From a bacterium (lineage in GTDB: Bacteria > SM23-31): 64,000 bases of DNA. Location of the stretch: the NCBI GenBank assembly GCA_965249485.1, contig OZ252239.1, positions 1,408,001 to 1,472,000 on the forward strand, written 5' to 3'. Below, piece after piece: positions 11,055-21,620 of the stretch; position 1 is the stretch's first letter; each line of letters begins with the position of its first letter. Both the position numbers and the translations under genes were made by a program. The notes under the pieces were generated by a model. The model saw only the letters and a list, made by a program, of their open reading frames with translations. It was not told the origin of the DNA and made no database searches.

Positions 11055-12446
11055 ATGATCAGAAAAACATCACTATTGTTGCTTGTAGTCCTTGTATGCT
11101 GTATTTACGGCAGTACATTTGCGCAGGATACACGATTGAACGCAGGTCAGGATATAAGAAAAATTATTCCCATGCGTGAACGGGTACAAATCGAGCAAAG
11201 TTTCTGGGACTGGAAACGGAAAAATGTCCTTCCGGCAGTTATGCGCGAGCAGGGCGTTGACCTGTGGATTATTCGTAATAACGAAGAACCGCTTTACCGT
11301 ATGACCTCGTACAGAGAGCATCCCGTTTTCACATCACTGCTTCCGGCAAATCATGAAGGCATGGTGCTGCCGAGCAAATTTGCAAAGTCTTCCATGGATG
11401 TCCCTAATTTCCTGTTCTTTTACGATACCGGAGATGACATCGAATATATTGAACCTCAGGACTATGATGAGATAACTCGTTTTGTCAGAGAACGGGACCC
11501 CCGAACAATTGCAATCGGCAGGAATGACAGCGAAGACATGAAAAAAGCCCTTGGCAGCAGATATGCTTCACGCACAGTCGATTCATGGACGCTTGGAGTC
11601 AGGTGGCTGGAAACTATGTCACCCGGGCAGATTAGCATCTATAGATTTGTTCAGGGACTGCATAACGATATTATTGCACAGGGTTTTTCAAACGCCGTTG
11701 TTGTTCCGGATGCAACGACAACAGATGATCTTAATTGGTGGTTCAGACACAAATATCTTGAACTCGATCTCGAGATTGAAAACTACCCTTCAGTCAGAGT
11801 TCAGAGACGGCCGGATTATGTCAAGATGTATGGCAATCCACCTGATTATTTCAGAAATAACAGGACACGGAACGGCATTAATGTCGTAATACGGCGGGGA
11901 GATGTCATAAGTCTTGATTCGGATATCATGCTTATGGGATTGATTACCGACTCCCATCAGCATGCGTATGTATTACAGCGAGATGAAGACGACGTTCCCG
12001 GTGGACTCAAAGAAGCGCTGCGGCTTGTCAACGATATGCAAGACAAATTCAGGAAAGAATTCGTAGCAGGCAAAACCGGTATAGAGATTGTTAAATCAAG
12101 CGAGTCTATTCCGAGAGATCCCCGTTTTATCGAATCGGTTATATGGTTTCATCCTCCGCCTATGTTCATCAGACGATACTCCGAAAACGGGCTCATGTTC
12201 TCCCGTGGATCATATGTTGCGGGAGTTTCTTCCAGCCCCGGATATAAGCTCCATCCCATTGTCAGAAACACGCATACGTTGCATTACAATACCATGTATG
12301 CCTATGAACCGGATATGCGTGTAAGAGTTCCCGGATGGGGAGAAGACGGAATTGCGCTGGGTCTCGGTCAAATAGCCCTCTTTACCGAGGATGGCCTGGA
12401 GTATCTTGACAGACCTCAACACAACGTCTGGCACATTGTAAAGTAA
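11055..12446 (+). CDS. Secreted M24-family (Xaa-Pro aminopeptidase-like) protein
   Basis: Signal peptide; LPAVMREQGVDLWII N-domain; pita-bread domain GDVISLD...TD..HAY and YAYE. Confidence 0.8.
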   Translation: MIRKTSLLLLVVLVCCIYGSTFAQDTRLNAGQDIRKIIPMRERVQIEQSFWDWKRKNVLPAVMREQGVDLWIIRNNEEPLYRMTSYREHPVFTSLLPANHEGMVLPSKFAKSSMDVPNFLFFYDTGDDIEYIEPQDYDEITRFVRERDPRTIAIGRNDSEDMKKALGSRYASRTVDSWTLGVRWLETMSPGQISIYRFVQGLHNDIIAQGFSNAVVVPDATTTDDLNWWFRHKYLELDLEIENYPSVRVQRRPDYVKMYGNPPDYFRNNRTRNGINVVIRRGDVISLDSDIMLMGLITDSHQHAYVLQRDEDDVPGGLKEALRLVNDMQDKFRKEFVAGKTGIEIVKSSESIPRDPRFIESVIWFHPPPMFIRRYSENGLMFSRGSYVAGVSSSPGYKLHPIVRNTHTLHYNTMYAYEPDMRVRVPGWGEDGIALGLGQIALFTEDGLEYLDRPQHNVWHIVK

Positions 12447-12553
12447 TTCTTATTGAAAAGTATTACACATAATGTATTGAATAGTATAGATTAAATCATC
12501 TTAACTGAGCACTGATATTTAACTGTAAGTATTGAAGCATATGAGGAGTTAAC

Positions 12554-12928
12554 ATGGTTGATCTTATCTTTCTCTCTCTGGGAGCCGCATTTTCGGTTTT
12601 ACGGGGTATTGCACATTTCTTCCCGACAAAATCTGTTGTTAAAGGCTTTGGTGATATTAGCGTCGACAATAAACGAATCATTACAATGGAGTGGATCGTA
12701 GAGGGAGTAGCACTAATCTTCATCGGCCTGCTTGTGGCTGCTGTTACATTCATTGATCCATTAAGTGTCATATCAAGATCTGTATATATCCTCACTATAC
12801 TTGGCCTTATGGTCTTGGCATTTGTTTCATTGTTCACTGGATTCAAGATTAATTTCCTTCCATTCAAGTTATGCCCATTTATCTTTTCGACATCTGCCCT
12901 GCTAATTTTTATTGGAGGTGTTGTTTAG
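12554..12928 (+). CDS. Small four-TM membrane protein, function unknown
   Basis: GAGGAG RBS; four hydrophobic segments. Confidence 0.75.
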   Translation: MVDLIFLSLGAAFSVLRGIAHFFPTKSVVKGFGDISVDNKRIITMEWIVEGVALIFIGLLVAAVTFIDPLSVISRSVYILTILGLMVLAFVSLFTGFKINFLPFKLCPFIFSTSALLIFIGGVV

Positions 12929-13148
12929 AGTAGGATTACGTTCAGTATTGCACTTATAGTGAGCGGTGTAGGGATTCAGAACAATTTGGACGGATGGGGT
13001 TATTCGGTTTTGCTCAGTTATTCCGACTCTTCCAATCATCTAACTAAGGTAAAATCATCCTCAACGGCAGATAAAATCTGACAACACTCTAAGTTTTCAA
13101 CAAACAAATTTAATATAAATCCACATTTTAATAAAAGAAGAGGAAGTC

Positions 13149-14558
13149 ATGAAATATCGAATGATGCTACTATTACTATCTGTGATGTTCACCGTACCAG
13201 TTGCCAATGCACAGCCGGGTGTACATACGGCAAAAACCGGTTCTGAAGTTCTCCGGCTGATACGGAATGAAAAACTTGATCTTATCCTTCCGGGAGTCAT
13301 GCGCGATAATAAGGTGGACATGTGGATTCACGTCACACGTAATGGAGACCCTGATCCCCTGGCTGAGAATTTCGGATCGACGTCGGGTTATCTGATTTTT
13401 ACCGACCTGGGTGATCAGATCGAGCGGGCTGCGTTTGGTTCAGCAGGAGCTGTTGAAAATATTGATGTACGAGGTTCTCGTGACATCGCACGTGCTATTG
13501 CAGGGTATGATTTTCGAACGCAAGACTTCTCCGCTTACGACGAATTGAGAGATTTTGTTGCCGAACGTGATCCGCAGACAATCGCGGTTAATACATCCCG
13601 TTGGCTCGCTATTGCAGACGGAATTTCACATTCACAATTCGTAATATTGGAAAAAATATTGGGGCCGAAATACTCTGCACGAGTTGTCTCGGCAGAGAAT
13701 GTGATCACCGATTTCAGAGTAAGAAGGACACTCAGGGAAGTGGCTCTTATGACCAATGCACTTGAAACACATCGTCAGATTCTTGAACGTGCTTTATCGA
13801 GTGAGGTTATCACACCGGGCGTAACAACATTAGAAGATGTTGGCTGGTGGGTAAAGGAGCAATTTTTTAAGCGGGGTTTAACAAGTGGATTCAGTACCAG
13901 GGTTGGCAGTCCGGGAGTTCTCTATTCTGCAGTTTCCGATCAATCAAAGACAAGTTCACCTCAATATGTCTTACAGCGCGGTGATTTTCTTTCGTTTGAT
14001 ACTGGTGTACGATATCTTGACTACTTTTCAACAGATTATAAACGCAACGCCTATATTATGAGGGAAGGGGAAACAAGTGTTCCTAAGAGTTTACAGCATG
14101 CTTTTGATCGTGCAATAGCAGCTCGCGATATTATTCGGAAACAAATAAAAATCGGCAGAACATCGGGGGAAACCTTGAGAGCAATAATCTTAGCACTTGA
14201 AAAAGCAGACTATATTTATATATCTACAAATGATATGGGATTAGAGGATTACCAGTTGACACAAAAGATGATCGCAAATACTAATAAGTCAGGGGCAGCT
14301 GTCGATCTTCATAGCCAAGGCCATCATGGCGGCAGCCTGGTGACTGTCGGACCCTCGATGGGACCTTTTCGGTCAGACCGTGATCATTTGATGATTCAAG
14401 AGAATCATATTTTTTCTTTAGAATATCTTGTTAGTACAAACCTTCCTGAAAGACCCGGTTTTCCGATTATCATTAATATAGAAGGTAATCACATCGTATC
14501 CAGCCGTGGAGTTGAATTTCTTCATCCGCCAAATGAAAAAATTTTACTGATCCACTGA
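13149..14558 (+). CDS. Secreted M24-family (Xaa-Pro aminopeptidase-like) peptidase, paralogue of 11055..12446
   Basis: Signal peptide; LPGVMRDNKVDMWI, GDFLSFD.G..Y...TD, DLHSQG, FSLE and IEGN. Confidence 0.83.
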   Translation: MKYRMMLLLLSVMFTVPVANAQPGVHTAKTGSEVLRLIRNEKLDLILPGVMRDNKVDMWIHVTRNGDPDPLAENFGSTSGYLIFTDLGDQIERAAFGSAGAVENIDVRGSRDIARAIAGYDFRTQDFSAYDELRDFVAERDPQTIAVNTSRWLAIADGISHSQFVILEKILGPKYSARVVSAENVITDFRVRRTLREVALMTNALETHRQILERALSSEVITPGVTTLEDVGWWVKEQFFKRGLTSGFSTRVGSPGVLYSAVSDQSKTSSPQYVLQRGDFLSFDTGVRYLDYFSTDYKRNAYIMREGETSVPKSLQHAFDRAIAARDIIRKQIKIGRTSGETLRAIILALEKADYIYISTNDMGLEDYQLTQKMIANTNKSGAAVDLHSQGHHGGSLVTVGPSMGPFRSDRDHLMIQENHIFSLEYLVSTNLPERPGFPIIINIEGNHIVSSRGVEFLHPPNEKILLIH

Positions 14559-14766
14559 TCCGGTAATTGTAAATCGTACAGCCCTATGAGCAAAAAAACG
14601 TGTAAAGGAAAAGTGTTTCTATTAAGTTTCTACTGCAGATGTCCGATTTATTCTGCGGGTTTTACATTTAATGAGTATCTTTTATCAACACATTTCCAAG
14701 TAGTCTCTTTCGGAAGTTTGTAATAATTAATACCAGTTTAAATACGTTACTATGCGGAGGAAATAG

Positions 14767-17175
14767 ATGATACGTTCACTGTATCTATCAGGCTGTATAA
14801 TGTTGATTATGCTTAATGCCGCCGATATTTATGCCCAAACTGAACAACAGCAAGATTTACAGGAAGTAACAATAGGGATAGTAATAGACGGCCCCTGGGA
14901 AAGAAATGATCAGATTCTCAACATGTTTCTGAAGGAAATTTCCGATTTGTTGAGTGGAGAATTTGAAACGAATATTCAAGATGAAAATATTATTACATCA
15001 GATTGGACTGTGGATGGAATACAAAATGCCGTAATTACGCTTCTTAATGATCCTGATATTGATATACTGCTCACTCTTGGCGTTATTGCGTCACATGAAG
15101 TATCATTGTATGAAAATTTACAAAAACCTGTAATAGCACCCTTTGTATTAGATGCACAAGTACAAGATATGCCGTATTCCGAAGGAGTTAGTGGAGTTTC
15201 AAATCTGAATTATTTAACGACTCCGGAAAAATTGATTAGAGACATTCAAGCATTAAGAGAAATTGTAGACCTGGAACATCTAACATTTATTGTTACTGGT
15301 GCGCTATTTGAACATTCTCCACAAATTGAAAATAACATATTAAATATTGCTGCGAATTTAAATATCGAACTGTCTTTAGTAAAAGTTACCGGCGATGCAG
15401 ACGCAGCGTTAGCGAGCATACCGGATAATACAGATGCGGTAATGATAGGGCACATTTTAAGTCTTCCTAAAATTGAGTATAATAAATTAATTTCCGGGAT
15501 AATTGAAAAAAAATTGCCGAGCTTTTCGATTATTGGGAGAATGGATGTAGAAAGTGGTATCCTTGCTACTATAACAACAGAAACACTTTTTCCACGCCGT
15601 GCCAGAAGAGTAGCATTAAATTTACAGCGAATACTACTCGGTGAAAATGCCGGTGATATTCCTGTGAATATTTCAATTGATGAAAAATTCATAATAAACA
15701 TGGCTACTGCCCGGACAATAAATATTTATCCCGGATTTAATGTGTTAACGGAAGCAGAATTGTTAAATCCAATTCGAAAGACAGTTTCAAGAAATTTGAC
15801 ATTAGAATCTGTTATTTTTGAATCGATTGACGTTAACCTTGATTTATTATCACGTCAAAAATCTGTTCAGAGCAATTTCCGAAATATTGCCATAACACGC
15901 TCGAACCTGCTTCCTCATATTGACCTTTCTGCGGAAAACAGAATAATTGACAAAGATCGTGCTCAATCGAGTTTCGGCAGTCAACCCGAACGACTAACTG
16001 CCGGCTCAGCAACAATGAGTCAAATTTTATATTCAGAAAAAGCTTGGGCACAATATGGCATACAAAAAAGCATGCATAATTCTGTACAACTAGAGTATGA
16101 GCAACTTAAACTCGATATAGCATTAGAAACAGCTTCCGCATATCTGAATTTAATGCGTGCACGTGCATTGGAAACAATTGAGAGAGATAACCTCAATGCA
16201 ACCCGTCAAAATCTCGATTTTGCACGTGTCAGACTATCGTTAGGTGTGTCCGGACCTGCAGAAGTATACCGGTGGGAAAGTCAAATAGCGTTACAGAGAA
16301 ATGCGGCTATCAATACTAATGCAATGCGCAACGTTGCAGAAATTGAGCTTAATAGAATTTTGAACAGGCCCTTGGAAGAATCGTTCACCACTGAGGAAGT
16401 TGACATAAATGACCCCGCTCTCTTAAAGAGTAAACAGCGTCTAAATGAATTTTTCGAAAATCCCTGGGATTTTGATATTCTCAGAGATTTTATGGTGCTG
16501 GAAGGTCCCAATACCTCACCAGAATTGAAAGCTATCGATGCGGCTCTTGCGGCGAGGGAACGGCAGTATGTATCAACGAAAAGAGCATATTGGTCGCCGA
16601 CATTGGCGCTACAAGGAAATGCTTCTAATATTTTTTCCCGACAAGGTGCCGGAGTAAGTTCATCAATAAATATCCCGCCGGAATTTAGTAGTGTGTTCCC
16701 TGATCCGGAGGATTTTAGTTGGAGCCTCGGATTAAACCTCAGTTTTCCGCTTCTTGAAGGCGGCGCAAAAATTGCCCGGTTGTCACAATCACGTGATGAA
16801 TTCGATCAGCTTCAAATAGAACGTCAAGCAGTTGTCAATAAAATAGAACAACGCATACGGACTGCTCTTCATTTGTCGGGTGCCTCAAACGCGAATATAT
16901 CACTATCTCGAGCTGGTGCGGAATCAGCTCATCTAAATCTTGAGTTGGTACGTGATGCTTATTTGCAGGGTGTTGTATCAATTGTCGATCTCATCGACGC
17001 TCAAAATAATTCATTAGTTAGTGATCAAAGAGCTGCAAGCGCAATATATGATTTTCTCTTGGATTACTATAATGTTCAAAGAGCGATTGGAGTCTTAGAC
17101 ATATTCAGGAGCCCACAAGATACGGAAGATTTCTTAAATAGGCTTGATCAGTTTGCTCAGGCCTATGAACGTTAA
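14767..17175 (+). CDS. TolC-family outer membrane efflux protein with an N-terminal ABC-type substrate-binding domain
   Basis: First ~330 aa resemble ABC_sub_bind (KLPSFS...VESGILA; GENAGDIPV...FIINMATARTINI). The remainder has OEP repeats (LTLES, LPHIDL, AYLNL, WSLGLNLSFPL, Y.QG...IVDLIDAQ). Confidence 0.85.
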   Translation: MIRSLYLSGCIMLIMLNAADIYAQTEQQQDLQEVTIGIVIDGPWERNDQILNMFLKEISDLLSGEFETNIQDENIITSDWTVDGIQNAVITLLNDPDIDILLTLGVIASHEVSLYENLQKPVIAPFVLDAQVQDMPYSEGVSGVSNLNYLTTPEKLIRDIQALREIVDLEHLTFIVTGALFEHSPQIENNILNIAANLNIELSLVKVTGDADAALASIPDNTDAVMIGHILSLPKIEYNKLISGIIEKKLPSFSIIGRMDVESGILATITTETLFPRRARRVALNLQRILLGENAGDIPVNISIDEKFIINMATARTINIYPGFNVLTEAELLNPIRKTVSRNLTLESVIFESIDVNLDLLSRQKSVQSNFRNIAITRSNLLPHIDLSAENRIIDKDRAQSSFGSQPERLTAGSATMSQILYSEKAWAQYGIQKSMHNSVQLEYEQLKLDIALETASAYLNLMRARALETIERDNLNATRQNLDFARVRLSLGVSGPAEVYRWESQIALQRNAAINTNAMRNVAEIELNRILNRPLEESFTTEEVDINDPALLKSKQRLNEFFENPWDFDILRDFMVLEGPNTSPELKAIDAALAARERQYVSTKRAYWSPTLALQGNASNIFSRQGAGVSSSINIPPEFSSVFPDPEDFSWSLGLNLSFPLLEGGAKIARLSQSRDEFDQLQIERQAVVNKIEQRIRTALHLSGASNANISLSRAGAESAHLNLELVRDAYLQGVVSIVDLIDAQNNSLVSDQRAASAIYDFLLDYYNVQRAIGVLDIFRSPQDTEDFLNRLDQFAQAYER

Positions 17176-17199
17176 CATTGTAAAATTCAAAACAACATT

Positions 17200-18327
17200 G
17201 TGAAGCCGGAGGAAATAAAGTCAAGGTTACCTACATATATTGTAAAAATTGCTTTAATTCAAACAATTATAATTTTCTCTTTCTGCAGCACATCTGAACA
17301 GGAATCGGAAACGATAATTCGTCCTGTCCGGTATCAACAGGTATTTGTCACAGGCGGCAGCAGAATTCGTACCTTTTCAGGTCTGACAAGGGCCGGAACA
17401 GAATCACGGTTAAGTTTTAAAGTCCCCGGTACAGTTCAAACTATGAATGTTGAAGTCGGAGATAGAGTACAAGTCGGCGACCTCATAGGGGAACTAACCC
17501 ATGACGATTTTCAATTGAAAGCACAGCAAGCTGAAGCAGCACTGGAACAGTCTCAAGCATAACAAAGAAATGCCGATGCCAATTATGAGCGTATACGGGG
17601 GCTTTATGAAAATAATAACGCCTCACGAGCAGACCTTGATGCAGCCCGTTCAGCTTATGAATCAACATCAGCAGCTGTAAATGCCGCGGGAAGAAGCCTG
17701 GAATTAGCCCTCTTACAACTAAGTTATTGCAAATTAACGGCACCGTATGCAGGATCAATTGCGGAAGTCAATATTGAGGAAAATGAAAATGTGAGTGCCG
17801 GTAGAGTAGTAGTTCTGCTCACATCGGGGACACGTCCGGAAGTCCGAGTCGGTGTGCCGGAAAGCCTGATTCTGCTTGTCCATGAAGGTGATATTGCAAC
17901 AGTTACATTTGATGCTTTACCGGATAAAGAATTTCAGGCAACCATAACAGAAGTCGGGGTATCGGCATCGGGAGCAGTGACAACTTTTCCGGTAATTGTA
18001 CGGATTATTGATCCACTACCTGACATACGTTCGGGTATGGCAGCGGAGGTATCATTTCGATTTGAGTCGACAGAAAAACGGGATATAATAGTTGTCCCAT
18101 CACAAGCAGTAGGTGAGGATAGAAATGGCAGATATACATTTGTAGTTGAACCAAATGATCCGGGATTTGGAACAATTCAGAGAAGAAATATATCAATCGG
18201 TGATATAACTGTCAACGGACTTGAAGTTATTGAAGGATTGCAGGATGGAGATCTTGTCGTGACAGCTGGGATGAGTAAAATACATGATGGTATGTATGTT
18301 AGACTTCTTGGCACAAAGGAGAACTAA
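17200..18327 (+). pseudogene. RND periplasmic adaptor (MFP) interrupted by one in-frame TAA at 17560-17562 (possibly a sequencing error)
   Basis: LSFKVPGTV...VEVGDRV lipoyl half. The frame stays open after the TAA (QRNADANYERIRGLY...LTAPYAGSI) and joins ORF 17791..18327 in frame. Confidence 0.85.
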
Positions 18328-18331
18328 AGTA

Positions 18332-21300
18332 ATGAATATAACTGAAATAGCAATAGATAGGGCCAGGATCACCTTTACTGTCATTATCGTTTTGATAATT
18401 GCCGAGTTTATGGCATTCAGGACCATACCAAGAGCCGAAGATCCGGGTTTTATTATCCGGACTGCTATGATAATGACATATTTCCCCGGCGCAAGCCCCG
18501 AACGAGTTGAAATGCTAGTTACAGATAAACTGGAGAAAGCGATCCAGGAAATGCCTGAACTTGATTTTGAGGTTAGCCAGTCAAAATCGGGCGTCTCGTT
18601 AATATTCGTCAATACTAAAGAAAACTTAACCGAAATGCGCCCAATCTGGGATAGACTCAGGAGAAAAGTCGATGCTGTAAAATCAGAACTTCCCGAGGGA
18701 ATCATCGGGCCCATTGTAAACGATGAATTCGGGGATATTTTCGGTACAATTGTCACATTAACTGGTGAAGGGTACTCTTACTCGGAGTTAAAAGAAATTG
18801 CCGACCAGGTTCGTGATGAACTCCTACTCATTGATGAAGTTGCAAAAGTAGAATTATATGGTGATCAGGAAGGGCGAATATTTGTAGACTACAATAACGC
18901 ACGACTTGGCGAAACAGGTTTATCGCCCGTACAATTGAAAACAATCCTTGAAAGTGCCAATATCATAATTCCCGGGGGTAATTTTTCTACAGATCATGAA
19001 CGCATTGTGCTCGAACCTTCGGGAAATTTTGAATCCATCGAGCAATTAAAACAATCCATCATACAGATTCCCGGAAGAAGAGATATGTTCCACCTTGAAG
19101 ATCTTGCCGAAGTATATCGGGGATATATTGATCCTCCGGCATCGGTTATGAAATCGTCCGGAGAAAATGCCCTCGCATTGGCAGTTTCATTACGAGACGG
19201 AGGAAATATTATATTTCTCGGAGAAGCTGTCCGCAATAAGATATCAGAATTGCAGCAGGTCTATCCTCTTGGTGTTGAATTTGATTTCGTGTCATTTCAG
19301 CCCGATGTTGTTGACAAAAAAGTTAATGATTTCACCACATCATTACTCCAGGCGATGGGGGTCGTATTACTGGTAATGCTTGTTACTATTGGAATGCGTA
19401 CCGGTTTAACGGTCGCATCGCTTATTCCTGTCACAATGCTCATTTCTATTTTTGTTATGTCTCAATTTGGCCTGGGATTGAACCAAATGACCCTCGCATC
19501 TTTGATCATTTCTCTTGGAATGCTGGTTGACAATGCCATTGTTATGACGGAATCGATTATGGTGATGATGAATTCCGGAATGAAGGCCAGAGATGCCGCG
19601 ATTGAATCTGCCAGAGAATTACGGATACCACTCCTCACATCTTCGCTTACAACATGTGCTGCATTTCTTCCTATTTATCTGGCTGAATCGACTACAGGAG
19701 AATATGTAGCACCTCTTTTTGTAGTTGTTACCATAACATTGATGTGCTCATGGCTCTTATCGCTTACAATGATTCCAATGTTATGCACAAAATCGCTAAA
19801 ACCTAATATGAATTCTACAGGTGAAAAATATGATTCAAGACTTTTTCGATTTTATAAACAATCATTATTACAATTGTTACGGCACAGAATTATAACCATT
19901 ATAGGCATTTTTATAATATTCATTATTGCAATGCAGGGTTTTGCCCTCATACCAAATATTTTTTTCCCTGCAAAGGATCAGAATCAATTCATTGCATCAC
20001 TGACACTTCCGATCGGCACATCGATCGAGCGGACAGAATTGGTTGCACAACGATTGGAAGATTTCGTTGAAAGTGAATTAAAGATTAATGAAGAACGTGT
20101 TGAGGGGGTCACAAACTGGGTGACATTTATTGGAGAAAGCCCCCCACGTTTTTATTTAAGTTATAATCCTGTATTTGCGAGTCCAGAATTAAACATTATG
20201 ATCTTGAATACTACATCGTATGATATTATTCCCGAATTGATACAAAAAATGGAGCAATTCTGCATAGATAATTTCCCTGATCTTAAAACAGATATTGAAT
20301 CGCTTACCAACGGTCCGCCGGTTACTGCACCCGTTGAAATCAGGATTTCCGGAAAAGATCCGGATACAATTTTCAACATTGCCGACTATGTAAAAGCACA
20401 ATTAACGCAAATATCGGGGACTAAAAATATTGATGATGATTGGGGTATGCGAACCAAAAAACTAACGGTGGAAGTAAATCAGGCTCGTGCCCGTCGAGCA
20501 GGACTGTCAAATCAGGATGTAGCTGTTTCACTACAGACGATTTTAAGCGGATTTCAGACAACCCAATATCGGGAAGATGACAAACTTATACCTGTGACAC
20601 TGCGTGCTGTTGCTGAAGATCGACAAGACATTGAAAATCTGGAAAGTCTTAACATATATTCTCTTGCCACAGGAAATTCGGTGCCACTTATGCAGGTGGC
20701 TGATACAAAAATAGTATGGCAGCCATCAAAAATATTACGTAGAAATCGGTTAAAGACTGTTACAATATCTTCCGAACTGGAACCGGGATATACCGCTATA
20801 GAAATTGTCAACGCAATTGATCCGTGGCTTCAACAAGAAAGTTCAACATGGAATGTTGGATATTCGTATGAATATGGCGGTGAAATCGAAAGTTCTGAAA
20901 AAGCACAGGCATCTATAGGCGCAAAAATGCCTGTGGGATTTCTTATTATAATACTGCTTCTCGTTGCACAGTTCAATTCGTTTCGAAGATCCGTTATTGT
21001 TCTTCTCACAATACCCTTGGGACTAATAGGAGTCGTCATAGGATTACTTGCTTTAGACGGTGTTATGGGATTTATGACATTTTTAGGCGTAGTGTCATTG
21101 TCCGGAATTGTTATCAATAATGCAATTGTACTATTAGAAAGAATAAAGCTTGAAATAGAAGATAACGGACTGACATCCCAGGACGCGATCCTTGAAGCGG
21201 CACAAAAAAGGCTGCGTCCGATACTACTTACTACCGCAACAACTATCGGTGGTCTATTTCCTCTTTATCTTGGTGGAGGACCCATGTGGGAATCTATGGC

Positions 21301-21415
21301 AATTGCAATTATGTCAGGACTCTTTTTTGCCACTGTTTTGACACTGGGAATTGTTCCAGTTCTTTATTCTCTCATATTTAATGTAAGTTTCAAAAATGTA
21401 CCCGGGAAAAATTAA
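18332..21415 (+). CDS. RND efflux permease (AcrB/AcrD/AcrF family)
   Basis: PRAEDP, PGASPERVE, GMLVDNAIV, GIVINNAIVL and RLRPILLT motifs; probable start ATG 18332. Confidence 0.95.
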   Translation: MNITEIAIDRARITFTVIIVLIIAEFMAFRTIPRAEDPGFIIRTAMIMTYFPGASPERVEMLVTDKLEKAIQEMPELDFEVSQSKSGVSLIFVNTKENLTEMRPIWDRLRRKVDAVKSELPEGIIGPIVNDEFGDIFGTIVTLTGEGYSYSELKEIADQVRDELLLIDEVAKVELYGDQEGRIFVDYNNARLGETGLSPVQLKTILESANIIIPGGNFSTDHERIVLEPSGNFESIEQLKQSIIQIPGRRDMFHLEDLAEVYRGYIDPPASVMKSSGENALALAVSLRDGGNIIFLGEAVRNKISELQQVYPLGVEFDFVSFQPDVVDKKVNDFTTSLLQAMGVVLLVMLVTIGMRTGLTVASLIPVTMLISIFVMSQFGLGLNQMTLASLIISLGMLVDNAIVMTESIMVMMNSGMKARDAAIESARELRIPLLTSSLTTCAAFLPIYLAESTTGEYVAPLFVVVTITLMCSWLLSLTMIPMLCTKSLKPNMNSTGEKYDSRLFRFYKQSLLQLLRHRIITIIGIFIIFIIAMQGFALIPNIFFPAKDQNQFIASLTLPIGTSIERTELVAQRLEDFVESELKINEERVEGVTNWVTFIGESPPRFYLSYNPVFASPELNIMILNTTSYDIIPELIQKMEQFCIDNFPDLKTDIESLTNGPPVTAPVEIRISGKDPDTIFNIADYVKAQLTQISGTKNIDDDWGMRTKKLTVEVNQARARRAGLSNQDVAVSLQTILSGFQTTQYREDDKLIPVTLRAVAEDRQDIENLESLNIYSLATGNSVPLMQVADTKIVWQPSKILRRNRLKTVTISSELEPGYTAIEIVNAIDPWLQQESSTWNVGYSYEYGGEIESSEKAQASIGAKMPVGFLIIILLLVAQFNSFRRSVIVLLTIPLGLIGVVIGLLALDGVMGFMTFLGVVSLSGIVINNAIVLLERIKLEIEDNGLTSQDAILEAAQKRLRPILLTTATTIGGLFPLYLGGGPMWESMAIAIMSGLFFATVLTLGIVPVLYSLIFNVSFKNVPGKN

Positions 21416-21620
21416 ATAGTTTTTGACTGAAAATGTACGATCTTATCTGACTAAAATAAATACAATTACTTCAGATTTATGTAATGAATTTTAAGAGCAT
21501 CAACCAGAATTCACAATGATATTTCACTACGAATAATTAAATTGATTTATTACTTATCTATGAGTAGTTTACTGCTATTCTTGACCACAAAACAACTAAT
21601 ATCTTATAATTGAGATCGGT

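Noticed and set aside
12929..13148. Intergenic stretch checked for an attC site, IS end or small RNA
   Set aside because: No convincing paired RYYYAAC/GTTRRRY boxes, terminal repeats or known motif
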